In this document: positions 1 through 11,574 of the stretch, in pieces
Numbering within the stretch: position 1 is the stretch's first letter
Layout of the letters: each line of letters starts with the position of its first letter
Source of the DNA: Mobula hypostoma
Lineage: Eukaryota
NCBI RefSeq assembly: GCF_963921235.1
Contig: NC_086107.1
Span: forward strand, 104,348,001-104,412,000
Length of the DNA: 64,000 nt
Reading direction: 5' to 3'
Notes under the pieces: generated by a model
What the model saw: the letters and a program-made list of their open reading frames with translations, nothing else
What the model was told of the DNA's origin: nothing
Databases searched by the model: none
Program-made: the position numbers and the translations under genes

Positions 1-263
1 GAGGAAGATATTGGCACAATGAAGGAAGCCCTGAACAGTTCCAAGATCAAGAGAGATGGAGGAACTTCATTGCTGCCCTAAGCACCAGCAGCATAACAGG
101 CAGTAACTAACTAACATGATGGATTGACATCGTAGATTTGATGAGCCAAGTGGCCTAATTCTGCTCCTATGTCTTATATACGTACTTTGAAAGTAAATTT
201 ACTTTGAACTTTGAATCTGCGTGAATAGACAACCCCCTCATTGCGCAAGAGTAAAGGTGGTAC

Positions 264-405
264 CTGAAAGCACGTTCATACTGTGCCTTTCAAATGAAGA
301 TGGCTGCTCTTTTTGGTGTCTGGGCTTCAGCTTGACATGTGGGTTGGCCTGAACCATTAGGACATCCTGCCGTTTCCGCCTCTGTTTCTGTTGCAAGAGA
401 TTCCT
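264..405 (-). CDS. TULP2: Tubby-family (TULP2-like) coding exon, N-terminal IFT-A-binding helix region; gene continues off the left edge
   Basis: Translates RNLLQQKQRRKRQDVLMVQANPHVKLKPR..., matching the tubby N-terminal motif R.LLEQKQKKKRQEPLMVQAN. Acceptor is tgttttctcag. Donor taken as CAG|GTACC at 264 (less certain). Paralog assigned from the head-to-head position with NUCB1, as for human TULP2. Confidence 0.8.
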
Positions 406-517
406 CTGAGAAAACAGGGACAAATAACCAAAAGAGCTGTTACAGCACAGGCAGAGTCAGAGTGAAGCTCCCTCTACGTTGTCCCAGCTACTTCCAGAGC
501 AGTTACAGAACTCCAAA

Positions 518-1130
518 CACTCGGTGGCCACTTTCTAGGGTGCACCTGTACACCTGCTCGTTAATGCAAGTATCTAATTAGCCAATTACGCGGCAGCAAC
601 TCAATGCACAAAATCGTGCAGACATAGTCAAGAGGTTCAGTTATTCAGACTAAGCATCTGAATGGGGAAGTGAGTTTGACTGTGGAGTGATTGTTGGTGC
701 CAGATGGGGTGGTTTGAGGATCTCAGAAACTGCTGATCTCCTGGGATTTTCATGCACAACAGCATCTAGGGCAGAGGTTCCCAACCTTCTTTATGCCGTG
801 GACCCCTACCATTAACCGAGGGGTGTCTGTGGACCCCAGCTTGGGAACCACTGCTCTAGAGTTTACTAACAATGGTGTGAAAAACAAAAATAAAAGCATC
901 CAGTGAGTGGCAGTTCTTGGCGAAAATGCCTTGTTAATGAGAGAGGTCAGAGGAGAATGGCCAGACTGGTTCAAGCTGACAGGAAGGCAACAGTAACTCA
1001 AAAACCACACGTTACAACAGTGGTGTGTAGAAGAGCATCTCTGAATGGACAAATCGTTGAACCTTGAATAGATGGGCCACAGCAGTGGAAGACCACAAAC
1101 ATACGCTCAGTGGCCTCTATTATTAGGTAT
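518..1130 (+). mobile_element. Non-autonomous Tc1/mariner element with a nested hAT MITE (about 772-853)
   Basis: CACTC(A/G)GTGGCCAC terminus; body encodes decayed Tc1 transposase N-terminus (..ISETADLLGFS..RRMARLVQADRK..). Similar copies at about 6513-7052, 12918-13497 and 45790-46480. Confidence 0.75.
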
Positions 1131-1939
1131 AGGACATTTCGGAGGCATCTACATGGGCATGTGAACATACAGTGAAGCAAGGGATCTGGGTCATGTGCAG
1201 GTTTGGTTTAATTCAGCCTCATGATCAGCAGAGACAGTTAATTATCCCAGCATGATCAGCGCAGGTTTGATACAGAGAAATTGCCCCAAGATGCATCCCC
1301 AGGGAAGAAGCAGCAAGTTCATTCACTTTCAACATTGCTACTACCATTGGGCGGGAGGTACAGAAGCCTTAGGTCCCACAGCACCAGGTTCAGGAACAGT
1401 TGTTACTCTTCAGCCGTCAAGTTCCTGAACCAGTGTGGATAACTTCACTCACCTCAACTCTGAACTGATCCCACAACCTATAAACTCACTTTCAAGGGCT
1501 CTACGACACACGTTCTCAGTATTAGTGATTTACTTTTGTATTGGCATGGCTTGTCTTCAATTGCACACTGGTGGTTTGCCCGTCTCTGTGTGCAGTTTTT
1601 ATCGCATTTCCCTGCTTTACTGTGAATGCCCGCAAGAAAACTGATCTCAAGGTACAGTACTGTACAAAAGTCTCAGGCAGCTACGTCTCGATCTTGAACC
1701 AGCGTGGATAACTTCACTCACTTCAACGCTGACTCAATTGTATTTCTTTATTTTCCCGTAAGTCCCCGCAAGAAAATTAACCTCTGAAGTGACATATATG
1801 TACTTTGATAATAAATTTTCTTTGTACTGTACTTTGAGTCTTTTCCAAATCCTGCCCCAAACATTTAGTGATTGCAGACACTGGCAGACTATCCCAGAAG
1901 CTACAAACACATCATTTCAAGGCCCGCCCAGCCGCCTAC

Positions 1940-1991
1940 CTGATTGTCAAACCTCTGCTGCCGCAGACTCTGACTATCCTCGTCCAAAACA
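1940..1991 (-). CDS. TULP2: Tubby-family (TULP2-like) 52-bp coding exon
   Basis: cacacag|T GTT TTG GAC GAG GAT ... GAC AAT CAG|gtaggc gives (S)VLDEDSQSLRQQRFDNQ, equivalent to TUB SVLDDEG.NLRQQKLDRQ. Phase-0 end joins exon 264-405 in frame. Confidence 0.85.
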
Positions 1992-2219
1992 CTGTGTGAG
2001 AAGCAGAGACACCAGATGTCAATCTACACAGCACAGGGTGCAAAGGTGGGGCCAGTGCAGATGAGGGGGGAGGGTTTCAGAAATCTTGGCAAGGAAGGAG
2101 GTGCGAGGGTAGGTATGGAGTGATGAGGGAGCTAAGAGTTGGTGGTGGAAGGGATTGGTGGTGGAGGGGCAATGAAGACCAGAAGGAGAATCAATCACTG
2201 ATGAATCACCGATGAACAT

Positions 2220-3005
2220 TACTGTGGAAAGTCTTAGGCACATAGAGTATTTATAGCCAGCGTGCCTAAGACTTTTGCACAGAACTGTATTTGCCAACGT
2301 GGAGCAGAGAGCGTGTTTGTAAATCCGGCCGGAGAAAAGGATGTTAGGAATGGCGAGGGTGGAGCACCCTGGGAGGGATGTGGGGTGGCAGAGAAGGAGG
2401 GTCAGGGGCCAGGGAGCGGCATGGGTGCAGACACACCCAGCCCTGAGACACCGGGCAAGGTCAATTGGCTTACTGATCACTACAGAATGTTTCTCTGGTA
2501 TTTCCTGCTCCCTCTCCTCTCCCTTTTCCCAACCAGGATTCCCGTCTTCCCACTCTCAGTCCACAATAGAGACCCATATCAGAATCAAGTTTATCATCAC
2601 TCAGTTATAGGCATCCGTTAGTCTCATGAGACCATAGATTTGTGCCTTGGAAGGTTTCCAGGGCGCAGGTCTGGGCAAGGTTGTATGGAAGACCAGCAGT
2701 TGCCCATGCTGCAAGTCTCCCCTCTCCACGCCACCGATGTTGTCCAAGGGAAGGGCACTAGGACCCATACAGCTTGGCACTGGTGTCATCGCAGAGCAAT
2801 GTGTGGTTAAGTGCCTTTCTCAAGGACACAACACGCTGCCTCAGCTGAGGCTCGAACTAGCAACCTTCTAATCACTAGACGAACGCCTTAACCACTTGGC
2901 CACACGCCAAAACACAGTACAGTGCAATAAATAAAATTACTACAGCACTGTGCAAAAATCTTAGGCACCTTGGCTATATATATGTGCCTAGGATTTGCGC
3001 AGTAG
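2220..3005. mobile_element. Composite element bounded by Tc1-type hairpin MITEs (TIR CAGTACTGTGCAAAAGTCTTAGGCAC)
   Basis: Hairpins at about 2221-2288 and 2943-3005; the body recurs inverted at about 22335-22767. Confidence 0.65.
2607..2908 (-). mobile_element. tRNA-derived SINE with CORE-like central domain
   Basis: A box TGGCCAAGTGG, B box GTTCGAGCC, tgtgtccttgag.aaggcacttaac core; four copies in the window. Confidence 0.8.
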
Positions 3006-3880
3006 TGTGTGTCATGAAATTTGATGTTATGTGGCAGCAGTACAGTGTAAGACATATAGTGTTAGTATAATTTCCAACAAAATTAGATAAATAAATCAAT
3101 AGTGTGAAAGATTAATGGCGAGATAGTGTTCATGGACCTTTCATAAATCTGATAGTGGAGGGGAAGAAGCTATTCCTGAAACATTGAGTGTGGGACTTTA
3201 GGGTCCCGTACTATCTCCCTGATGGCCGTAATGAGAAGAGGGCATGTCCCAGGTGGTGAGGGTCCTCAATAATGGACGCTACCTTCCCGAGGCAGCACTT
3301 TTGAAGATTTGCCCGTGATGGAGCTGGTTGAGTCCATAGCCTCTTTCAACCAGTCTGAAAGCTCTCCGTGTGCGTCTGTAGAAAATAGCCGGAGCCTTTG
3401 AGGACGTACCAAATGGAGTGATGGTGAGAGGGTGAGAGGGGTTGGTGGTGGAGCAGGCGGTGAGGGAGGAGTTGGGATTGGGTTGGTGGGGTGGGAGTGG
3501 AGCAGAAGATGACGGGCAGAGGTGGGTCTATGTTGAGGGTGGGGAGAAGATGACCAGGGACCAGAAGTATGAGGTAGGAGGGATTGCTTTGGATAAGGGT
3601 GAGATTCTGTGGAGCATATCTGGGGGGGGAGGGGGTGTGAACCACTAGCGGCTAGTAAAGGTGGACTTAATGCAGGAGCGGACAGGCGTTGCTTCGGGGA
3701 ATATTCATCCTGTGAGGAAGAGCAGGGGCACAACAAGAGACAAGCGGAGAGCCTGAAAGAACATAGCAATATCTCTCATGTACAACCTTGGTAAATGGGT
3801 TCACAAAGCAAACTGGATCTTATAGGAAAGAAAAAAAAACCTATGGAATTAAAAATAGTAGAAAAAAATATTCAACTTAC

Positions 3881-3922
3881 CTTCCTGGGAGCATTGTAGA
3901 ATAAATTGAAGAATTGTTAATC
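3881..3922 (-). CDS. TULP2: Probable 42-bp symmetric (phase 2-2) exon of the TULP-like gene
   Basis: Pyrimidine tract plus ccag acceptor and strong AAG|gtaagt donor. Open frame INNSSIYSTMLPG joins both neighbouring exons in phase. No homology evidence. Confidence 0.55.
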
Positions 3923-6512
3923 CTGGCATCAGAAACACAGAAAGGGAATGAGTGAGAGGCAGACATGGAGTGAGTGAGAGACAGAAATACTATTAATAAA
4001 CTGTCATTTGTCTAGTTACCATGACTATGCTTCCTGTATCCAAGGGTTGCAGTGGATTCTTCAAATAAGGAAATGAGAGGCCAAGGCCATCCTATTAACT
4101 AGCAACACACACACACACACACACAATGCTGGAGGAACTCAGCAGGTCAGGCAGCATCTATGGAAATGAATAAACAGTCGACATTTCAGCCCAGTCCCGT
4201 CTTCAGGACTGGATACAAAGGGGAAAGGCACCAGGATAAAGAATATGGGGGGGGGGGGAAGGAGGATAGCTAGAAGATGATAGGTGAAGCCAGGTGGGTG
4301 GGAAAGGTAAAGGACTGGAGAAGAAGGAATTTGATAGGAGAGGAGAGAGGACCATGAGAGAAAGGGAAGAAGGAGAGGCACCTGGGGGAGGTGATAGGCA
4401 GGGGAAGAGAAGAGGCAAGAGGCCACCGAGGGGGAATGGAAGAAGAGGGAAGGGGAGGGCTTGGAGGCTACCCAGACGAAATAGGAGGCGTTGCTCGTTC
4501 ACCAAGAGAGTGGCCTTGCGGCAAAAGAGGAGGAAATGGGCTGACAGTCAGAACAGGAATGGAGATAGCAATTAAAATGGTTGGCCACAGGGAAATTCTG
4601 CTTTTGGTGCTCAACAACATGGTCTGCCAATTTGTGACGTGTCTCACCAACGTAGAGGAGGCCGCATCAGGACCATCGGACACAATAGACGACCCCAATA
4701 GGGACCCTTGCCTCACCTCGAAGGACTTTGAGGCCCTGGATGGAGGTGAATGGGCCAGTGTAACAGTTCTGTCACTTGCAGGGATATGTGCCAGGTGGGT
4801 GATTTGTGGGGAGGGACGAATGGACAAGGGGATCACAGTGGAAAGCGGCAAGGGTGGGGCAGGTAAAGATGTGAATGGTGGTGGAATCCCATTGGACATG
4901 GTGGAAATTGTGGAGAATAACGTGCTGAATGCAGAGGCTCATGGGGTGGCAAGTAAGGACAAGAAGAACTCTGTCACTGTTAAGGCAGAAGGAAGCTTAA
5001 CTTGCATTTGCACAGAGTACTTAATCGGATAAAACATCCCAGGGTACTGTGCGGAAATGTTGCCAGACATAAAACTGACTCTGCACCACACAGAGATATT
5101 ATGGAAGGCAACTAAAAGATTATTCAAATGGGTGGCTTTTGAGGGGCACCTTGTAAGGTGAAGAGAGACAGAGAGGTTTCGAGGGAGGAGATAATCCAGA
5201 ATTTAGGATTTGAGCAGATGAAGTTACACCCAAAAATGAACAAGAGGTCAGAAATGGCGGGTGAGAGATCTTAAAGGATCACCAGGCAGCAGATGTTAGA
5301 TTCAGAATCAGAATCAGATTTATCATTACTGAAGCAACATACATCAAAGTTGCTGGTGAACGCAGCAGGCCAAGCAGCATCTATAGGAAGAGGCGCAGTC
5401 GACGTTTCAGGCCGAGAGTTGTTTACGTTATCATTACTGAAGCTGTTCCTAAAACGTTGTGTGTGGGTCTTCTGGCTCCTGCACCTCCTCCCTGATGGTA
5501 GTAATGAGAAGAGGGTGTGTCCTAATGGACTAATCGATGACATAGTCATGTGATCCAACATACCACAGTCAGGTGATCAGCATTCTATGCCACACCAACC
5601 ATGTGACAAGTCCGGCCGATTTTCCAGGCAACACAGATTTCCAGCGTCTGCAGAATCTCTTGGTGTTCTGGGGAAAGGGAAGGGATGCAGCCAGTGGCTG
5701 GGTAACAAAATTTATGACAAGAACTTTGGCACGATGCTATTACAGCTCATTGGAGTTTGGAGTTCAAGTCCAGCGCCCTCTGTAAGCAGTTTGTACGTCT
5801 TCCCATGAAGGTGTGGGATTCCTCTAGGTGCTCCAGTTCCCTCCCACATTTCAAAGACATATTGTTTGTTAGGTTAATTGTCATTGTAACTTGTCTTGTA
5901 AACGGGCTAGGGTTAACTATTAAAAAGATGGGTTGCTGGGCAGTACAGGTCATTGTTCTGCACTGTACCTCCAGACAGATAAATAAAGTAATGGCTTTGA
6001 CCCTTTGAATGTTTCAGGAGAAAACTTACTGTCCTCCGAGCAGAGGATAATTCTGGAGTTTAAATCAGGGCACGGTGAAGGAGTGGGTTACCAGCCTTTT
6101 TTAATGTTATGGCCCCCTACCATTAACTGAGGGGTCTGTGGACCACACGTTGGGAATCCCTGGTCGAGGGAGTGGTGAAGGGGACAATGTTAGATGCAAA
6201 CTCCAGAATCTACTGTGCAGGATGGAGAACATGCCCTGCAACTTTCCTGACCGTAGGGTGGCACTTTGCTGCATCACTGGCACACGCTGCCACCCTGATA
6301 ACTTTGCCATCCCCCTTTAAGCAGTCATTTCAGCTTGAGGAAGTGAGGCAAAGGTTTTCTCAGGGAGGTGATAGATTAGAGCTGGCAGTTTAAAGCAGAT
6401 CACAGCCTGCTCCAGCTGTCAGGAGAATTTATCCCCCATTGAGACTTTATCAATGTAACAGAATGCTTGCACTAACTTTCAGATCTGTTATGTGTAACAC
6501 TGCCATCAGTGA

Positions 6513-7052
6513 TCAGTGGCTACTTCATTAAGTTGCATTAATGATTGGGCATACAGGTGTCCTTTATTAGGTATGCTTGCTCGTTAATGCAAATATCTAA
6601 TCAGCCAATCAGGTGACAGCAACTCAATGCATAAGAGCATGCAGACACGGTCAAGAGGTCCAGTTGTTGTTCAGACCAAACATCAGAATGGGGAAGAAAT
6701 ATGATCTAGGTGATTGATCGTGGAATGATTGTTGGTGCCAAATGGGGTGGTTTGAGTATCTCAGAAACTGCCGATCTCCTGGGATTTTCATGCACAGCGG
6801 TCTCTAGAGTTTACAGAGACTGGTGTAGAGAAAAACACAAAAAAGAGAACGTCCAGTGAGCAGCCGTTCTGTGGGGGTAAACACTCTGTTAATGAGAGAG
6901 GTCAGATGAGAATGGCCAGACCAGTTCAAGCTGACAGGAAGGTGACAGTAACTCAAATAACCACGTATTATACAACAGTGGTGTGCAGAAGAATGCAAAA
7001 CACATCGAACCTTGAACGGGTTGGGCTACAGCAACAGTGGCCACTGAGGGTA
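6513..7052 (+). mobile_element. Non-autonomous Tc1-like element
   Basis: Same family as 518-1130; ORF fragment MARPVQADRKVTVTQITT. Confidence 0.75.
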
Positions 7053-8260
7053 TCTTTCTTTCTTTATTATAGTGTATCTGGCACTGAGATCCTGACGGCA
7101 ACCAGCTAAATGTCCATGTGTGAAATTGAAGTGACACCCCCATGGACCTCAGTCAAGACTGGGAATGTGCTCATCAGAAATCAGGGGTGCCTATTAGTGG
7201 GGAACGATTGAGTTCAATCCTTAAGGGTTGACGTCACTGTGACAGGTTGCTGGTGACGTCACGTGGATAATGAAAGATGAAGTCACGTGAATTACGTTAG
7301 TTGTTAGATGCGGTGATATTGCTTTCATTTATGGCACAGACATAGCTGAAAGTTTTTACTCAAAGCCTGTACCGTCCTTCAACTCCCCTTCCACACACAA
7401 CGCCCCTTTCCTTAGCAGAGGAGTTCCCAAACTGGAGTCCACGGACCTCTTGCTCAGTGATATTGGCCCATGGCATAAAAAATAAGGTTGGGAACCCCTG
7501 CCTTGGCAGGAATGTCAATAGAGGATGTGAGTTAATTGAGAGAAGGACTTCACTTACGCTAGGAAGTTCAAGGAGGTTGGGAACTCACGAACACAAAAGG
7601 ATCTGCAGATACTGGAAATTCTGGAGTAACACACACACACACACACACACACAATGCTGGAGGAACTCACCGGGTCAGGCAGCTTCTATAGAGAGGAATA
7701 AACAGAATAAACAGTCGACATTTCAGGCCAAGGCCCTTTCATCTGATTCCGCTCCATAGATGCTGCCTGGCCTGCTGAGTTCCTCCAGCACTTTGTGTGT
7801 GCTAGTAACTCACAATGGGAGCGGGGGGGGGGGGTAGAAACACTTGTCTCATTTTACATTTCCATGGACAGCCACCACGTTCCACCTGCCATACACCGGC
7901 CCATTCGTTTCCCAGCCTCAGCCAGCTCATATTCCCCCACCCCCTCACTCACCACACACCCAGCCCCACGGAACACCCTTACCCTCGTGCTCGCCACCTT
8001 CACACCCTTTATATTCCTTCGCCTTCTCCATTCATGCTCACCTCTGGTGTTAACTCATCAAACTATCTCCTGGGGCATACCCTTCCCCCTAAAATCAACG
8101 ACTCAAGTCCCGGAAAGTCTCGTTTCACTTCATTGTTTCTTGACCCTTTGCCCTTCATTTGGCCTCCTCAAAGAGCCCAGCGAGGAGTGGACGTCACGCA
8201 GAAAGGGGTGCCGTCCGCTGAGTGAGTCCCAGACATCCTCTCATGCACTATAATACTCAC

Positions 8261-8307
8261 AGATCAGTGTCGCACTCCGCTTGCAAACCATCCAGCTCAA
8301 AAGCCAT
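8261..8307 (-). CDS. TULP2: Probable first coding exon of the TULP-like gene (exon about 8261-8319; ATG at 8307)
   Basis: ctcctcacccctcag acceptor at 8320-8321, AAGATGG good Kozak context, MAFELDGLQAECDTD, donor gtgagt. Phase 2 fits the downstream exons. Confidence 0.5.
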
Positions 8308-8944
8308 CTTGATACAAGACTGAGGGGTGAGGAGCAGGAGGGCTGTGTGTTGAACAACAGCAGGTAACTGTGAGGGATTGAGCCTTGAAAGAGCTAATCT
8401 CTCAAACGCTGACGTCCAGGTTAGAGAAATCGGATTGACCAGGGTTTAATGCAGAACAGTTGAGCTCTGCTGACTGGTTCAGGGTGACTGGTTAATTTTT
8501 TTTTTAAAAACGGCAACGAAAGAGAACTCAGTAAGTGTCACCCCCAATCCTGACATCAGTCACCAGATCCCAGCCTTTCTCCAGCTGCCTGTCACTGGAT
8601 CTCAGCTCCCTGGAGCTAGACACTAGACTCTATACACTCTGAATCTGACACGGGTCTTTCCGCACTCTGGAGCCAGACACGGGTCTTTCCCCACTCTGGA
8701 GCCGTGCCTTTGCCCTTATTCCTGGTCGTAGACCGAGTCCCATTCTGCTGCCCAGCAAGGGGTGCCATGCGTGAGTTCTCGCATCATCCTCTGATGTCCC
8801 CCGACTTCCATCCCCGGAGCCCCTATCTCTGCACCTGGGCTTCCCTATCCGGCCGTGGGCACTGCCATGGAACTCCGCCGCTACTTCCGACTCCGCTCGG
8901 CTCCTCCGCTTCAGGCGCCCCGTCATAAACAGATGTGGACTCTG

Positions 8945-8982
8945 TCATTGGCCCGCGGTTTCCGTGGCTACCATACGTCACC
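8945..8982. promoter_or_regulatory. Candidate promoter of the TULP-like gene: CCAAT box, RFX X-box and CRE-like half site
   Basis: ATTGG at 8947-8951, GTTTCCGTGGCTAC at 8958-8971 and TACGTCA at 8974-8980, in a CpG-containing non-repeat patch about 0.65 kb upstream of the first predicted exon. Confidence 0.45.
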
Positions 8983-9929
8983 ATAAGGCTGGAACGCCCT
9001 CCTTTGTAATGTGTGTAATATATTTGACTTAAAGCAGCGAGGCTGGCTCCGTCCGAAAGTTCTCTCGCTCGGTGGGGCGTTATCAGTCCAGCTCTGGAAG
9101 TGAACCTTTGAGCTGAGAGTGTCCAGTTTCCATCGCACGGCATTGTTGAATGAGAGTGGATTGTCTGTGACCAATGACAATCAAAATTATATTTATATTC
9201 AGAAAGACTTGCATTTCTGCTCAACTTCCCAATCTCCCACACTCACTGAGCAAAACACACAAAATGCTGGAAGAACTCAGCAGGTCACACAACATCTCCG
9301 GAGGGAAATGAACAGTCGCCGTTTGGGGCCGAGACCCTCCAGAATTCTGCGTGTGCCTTTTAAGATTTCCTCGGTGCTGCCATCAGGTAGAGGGTACAGG
9401 AGCCTCAGGACTCGCACCACCAGGCTCAAGAACAGTTACTACCCCTCAACCGTGAAGGGGATAACTACACCCATTCCATTTCTGGTGTTCCCACAACTGA
9501 TGGTCTCACTTTTAAGGACAATTTATCTTGTTATTTCATGCTCTCATTATTTATTGCTATTTATTTATATTTGCATTTGCACAGTTTGTTGTTCATTGAT
9601 CCTGTTTACAGTTACTGTTCTATAGATTTGCTAAGTATGCCCACAGGAAAATCAGTTGTACGTAGTGACGTGTACGTACTCGGATAATAAATTTTATTTT
9701 GAACTTTTAAGATTTGCACCATCTGCAGAACACTTGTGTCACCACATTCACTGAAGTACTTTTCAGATCAAAGCCAATTATAAAGGACAAACTGATCCCT
9801 TTAAACAACGAGTAGGTTACAAATTTAAATGACGAAGATCGTTTCTCCGACTTGTCAATGTGGAAACTTGCCCCAAGTTCACAAAACAAAACAGAACAAA
9901 TGCAGTCTGGTTAATGGCTTGCAATACCA

Positions 9930-10527
9930 AAGGATGTAATGTTGAAATTGTATAAGGCATTTTTTCAGGCCAAATTTGGAGTATTGTGTACAGTTCTGGT
10001 CACCGAATTATAGGAAGGATGTCAATAAAATTGAGAGAGTACAGAGGAGGTTTACTAAAATGTTGCCTGGGTTTCATCTCCTAAGTTACAGAGAAAGGTT
10101 GAACAAGTTAGGTCTTTATTCTTTGGAGAGTAGAAGGTTGAGGGGGGACTTGATAGAGGTGTTTAAAATTATGAGGGGGATTGATAGAGTTGACATGGAC
10201 AGGCTTTTTCCATTGAGAGTGGGTGAGATTCAAACAAGAGGACATGTTGAGAATTAAAGGACAAAAGTTTAGGGGTAACATGAGGGGGAACTTCTTTACT
10301 CAGAGAGTGGTAGCTGTGTGGAATGACCTTCCAGCAGAAGTGGTTGAGGTTGGTACGATGTTGTCGTTTAAAGATAAATTGGACAGCTATATGGACAGGA
10401 AAGGAATGGAGGGTTATGGTCTGAGTGCAGATCGGTGGGACTAGGTGACAGTAAGAGTTCGGCACGGACTAGAAGGGCCAAGATGGCCTGTTTCGGTGCT
10501 GTAATTGTTATATGGTTATATGGTTAT
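9930..10527 (+). mobile_element. CR1 LINE 3' fragment
   Basis: LEYCVQFWSP...LYSLE.RRLRGDLIEVFKI; (TATGGTTA)n tail. Confidence 0.9.
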
Positions 10528-10576
10528 ACCAGTCTTTAGAATTGTCTGTTATCACTGACACATGTTGTGACACGTG

Positions 10577-10872
10577 TTGGCGCGTGGCCAAGTGGTTAAG
10601 GCATTCGTCTAGCGATCTGAAGGTCACTAGTTCGAGCCTTGGCTGAGGCAGCATGTTGTGTCCTTGAGCAAGGCACTTAACCACACATTGCTCTGCGATG
10701 ACACCAGTGTATGGGTCCTAATGCCCTTCCCTTAGACAACATCAGTGGCTTGGAGAGGGGAGACTTGCAGCATGGGCAACTGCTGGTCTTCCATACAGCC
10801 TTGCACAGGCCTGTGCCCTGGGAACCTTCCAAGGCCCAAATCCACGGTCTCACGAGACTAACGGGTGCCTAT
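10577..10872 (+). mobile_element. tRNA-derived SINE (same family as 2607-2908)
   Basis: A/B boxes and shared body ending gactaacgggtgcc. Confidence 0.8.
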
Positions 10873-11305
10873 GTTGTGAAATTGGTTGATTGTGGCGGCA
10901 GTACAGTGTGACACATAAAAAAAATCACCATAAGACAATGAGAAATGAATAGCGTGAAAGAGGATTAGTGATGTGGAATCGTGCGCAGTACAGAAACCTG
11001 ATGGCAGAGGAGAAGAAACTGTTTCTAAAAGGCTGAGTGGGGCTCCTCGGACTCTTGTACTTCCTTCCTGTGGTAGAAATCAGAAGAGGGCATGTCCCGG
11101 ATGCTGAGGGTCCTTCCTGATGGATGCCGCCTTCTTGAAGCACCGCCGTTTGGAGATGACCTTGATGGGGAGGCTTGAGCTCGCGTTGGAGCTGGACCAG
11201 TCTACAGCTTTCCGCAGCGTCTGCGTTGGAGCCTCCGTGCCAGACGGTGATGCGACCCGTCAGAATGCTCTCCCTAGCACATTTTTGGAAATGTGCTCGT
11301 CTTTA

Positions 11306-11574
11306 CGGTGATGATGATGATGATGACGTCGACTCAGATCTGAGAGGCCAGCGTCGGGCATTTTTCCTGCCTTACAAGGCGCAGTTCGAAAGGCTGTGTG
11401 GGGCGCCACTCCTTGCACAGACATTTCGCAGTATTATTTTACGAGGCCGAGTTGCGAGCTCGACATCTGAGCGCGCACGGGGGCGGTCTGTCGCTGGATC
11501 GAACTCGGGAACCTCCGTTCTCGAGCCCAGCGCTGATCTCACTGTGCCACCAGCCGACCATACGTCACCGTATA
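11306..11574 (-). mobile_element. CpG-rich tRNA-like SINE with a (CAT)n tail, inserted in a Rex1 remnant
   Basis: TGGCACAGTGAG A-box-like and GAGTTCGATCC B-box motifs, catcatcat tail, flanked by tcttta duplication. Confidence 0.6.

Noticed and set aside
3266..5032. Several long Pro- or Gly-rich ORFs as genes
   Set aside because: They arise from purine/pyrimidine-skewed Penelope and CR1 remnants, with no splice-consistent homology.
10577..10650. tRNA gene
   Set aside because: It is the tRNA-like head of a multi-copy SINE with a shared body and no intact cloverleaf.
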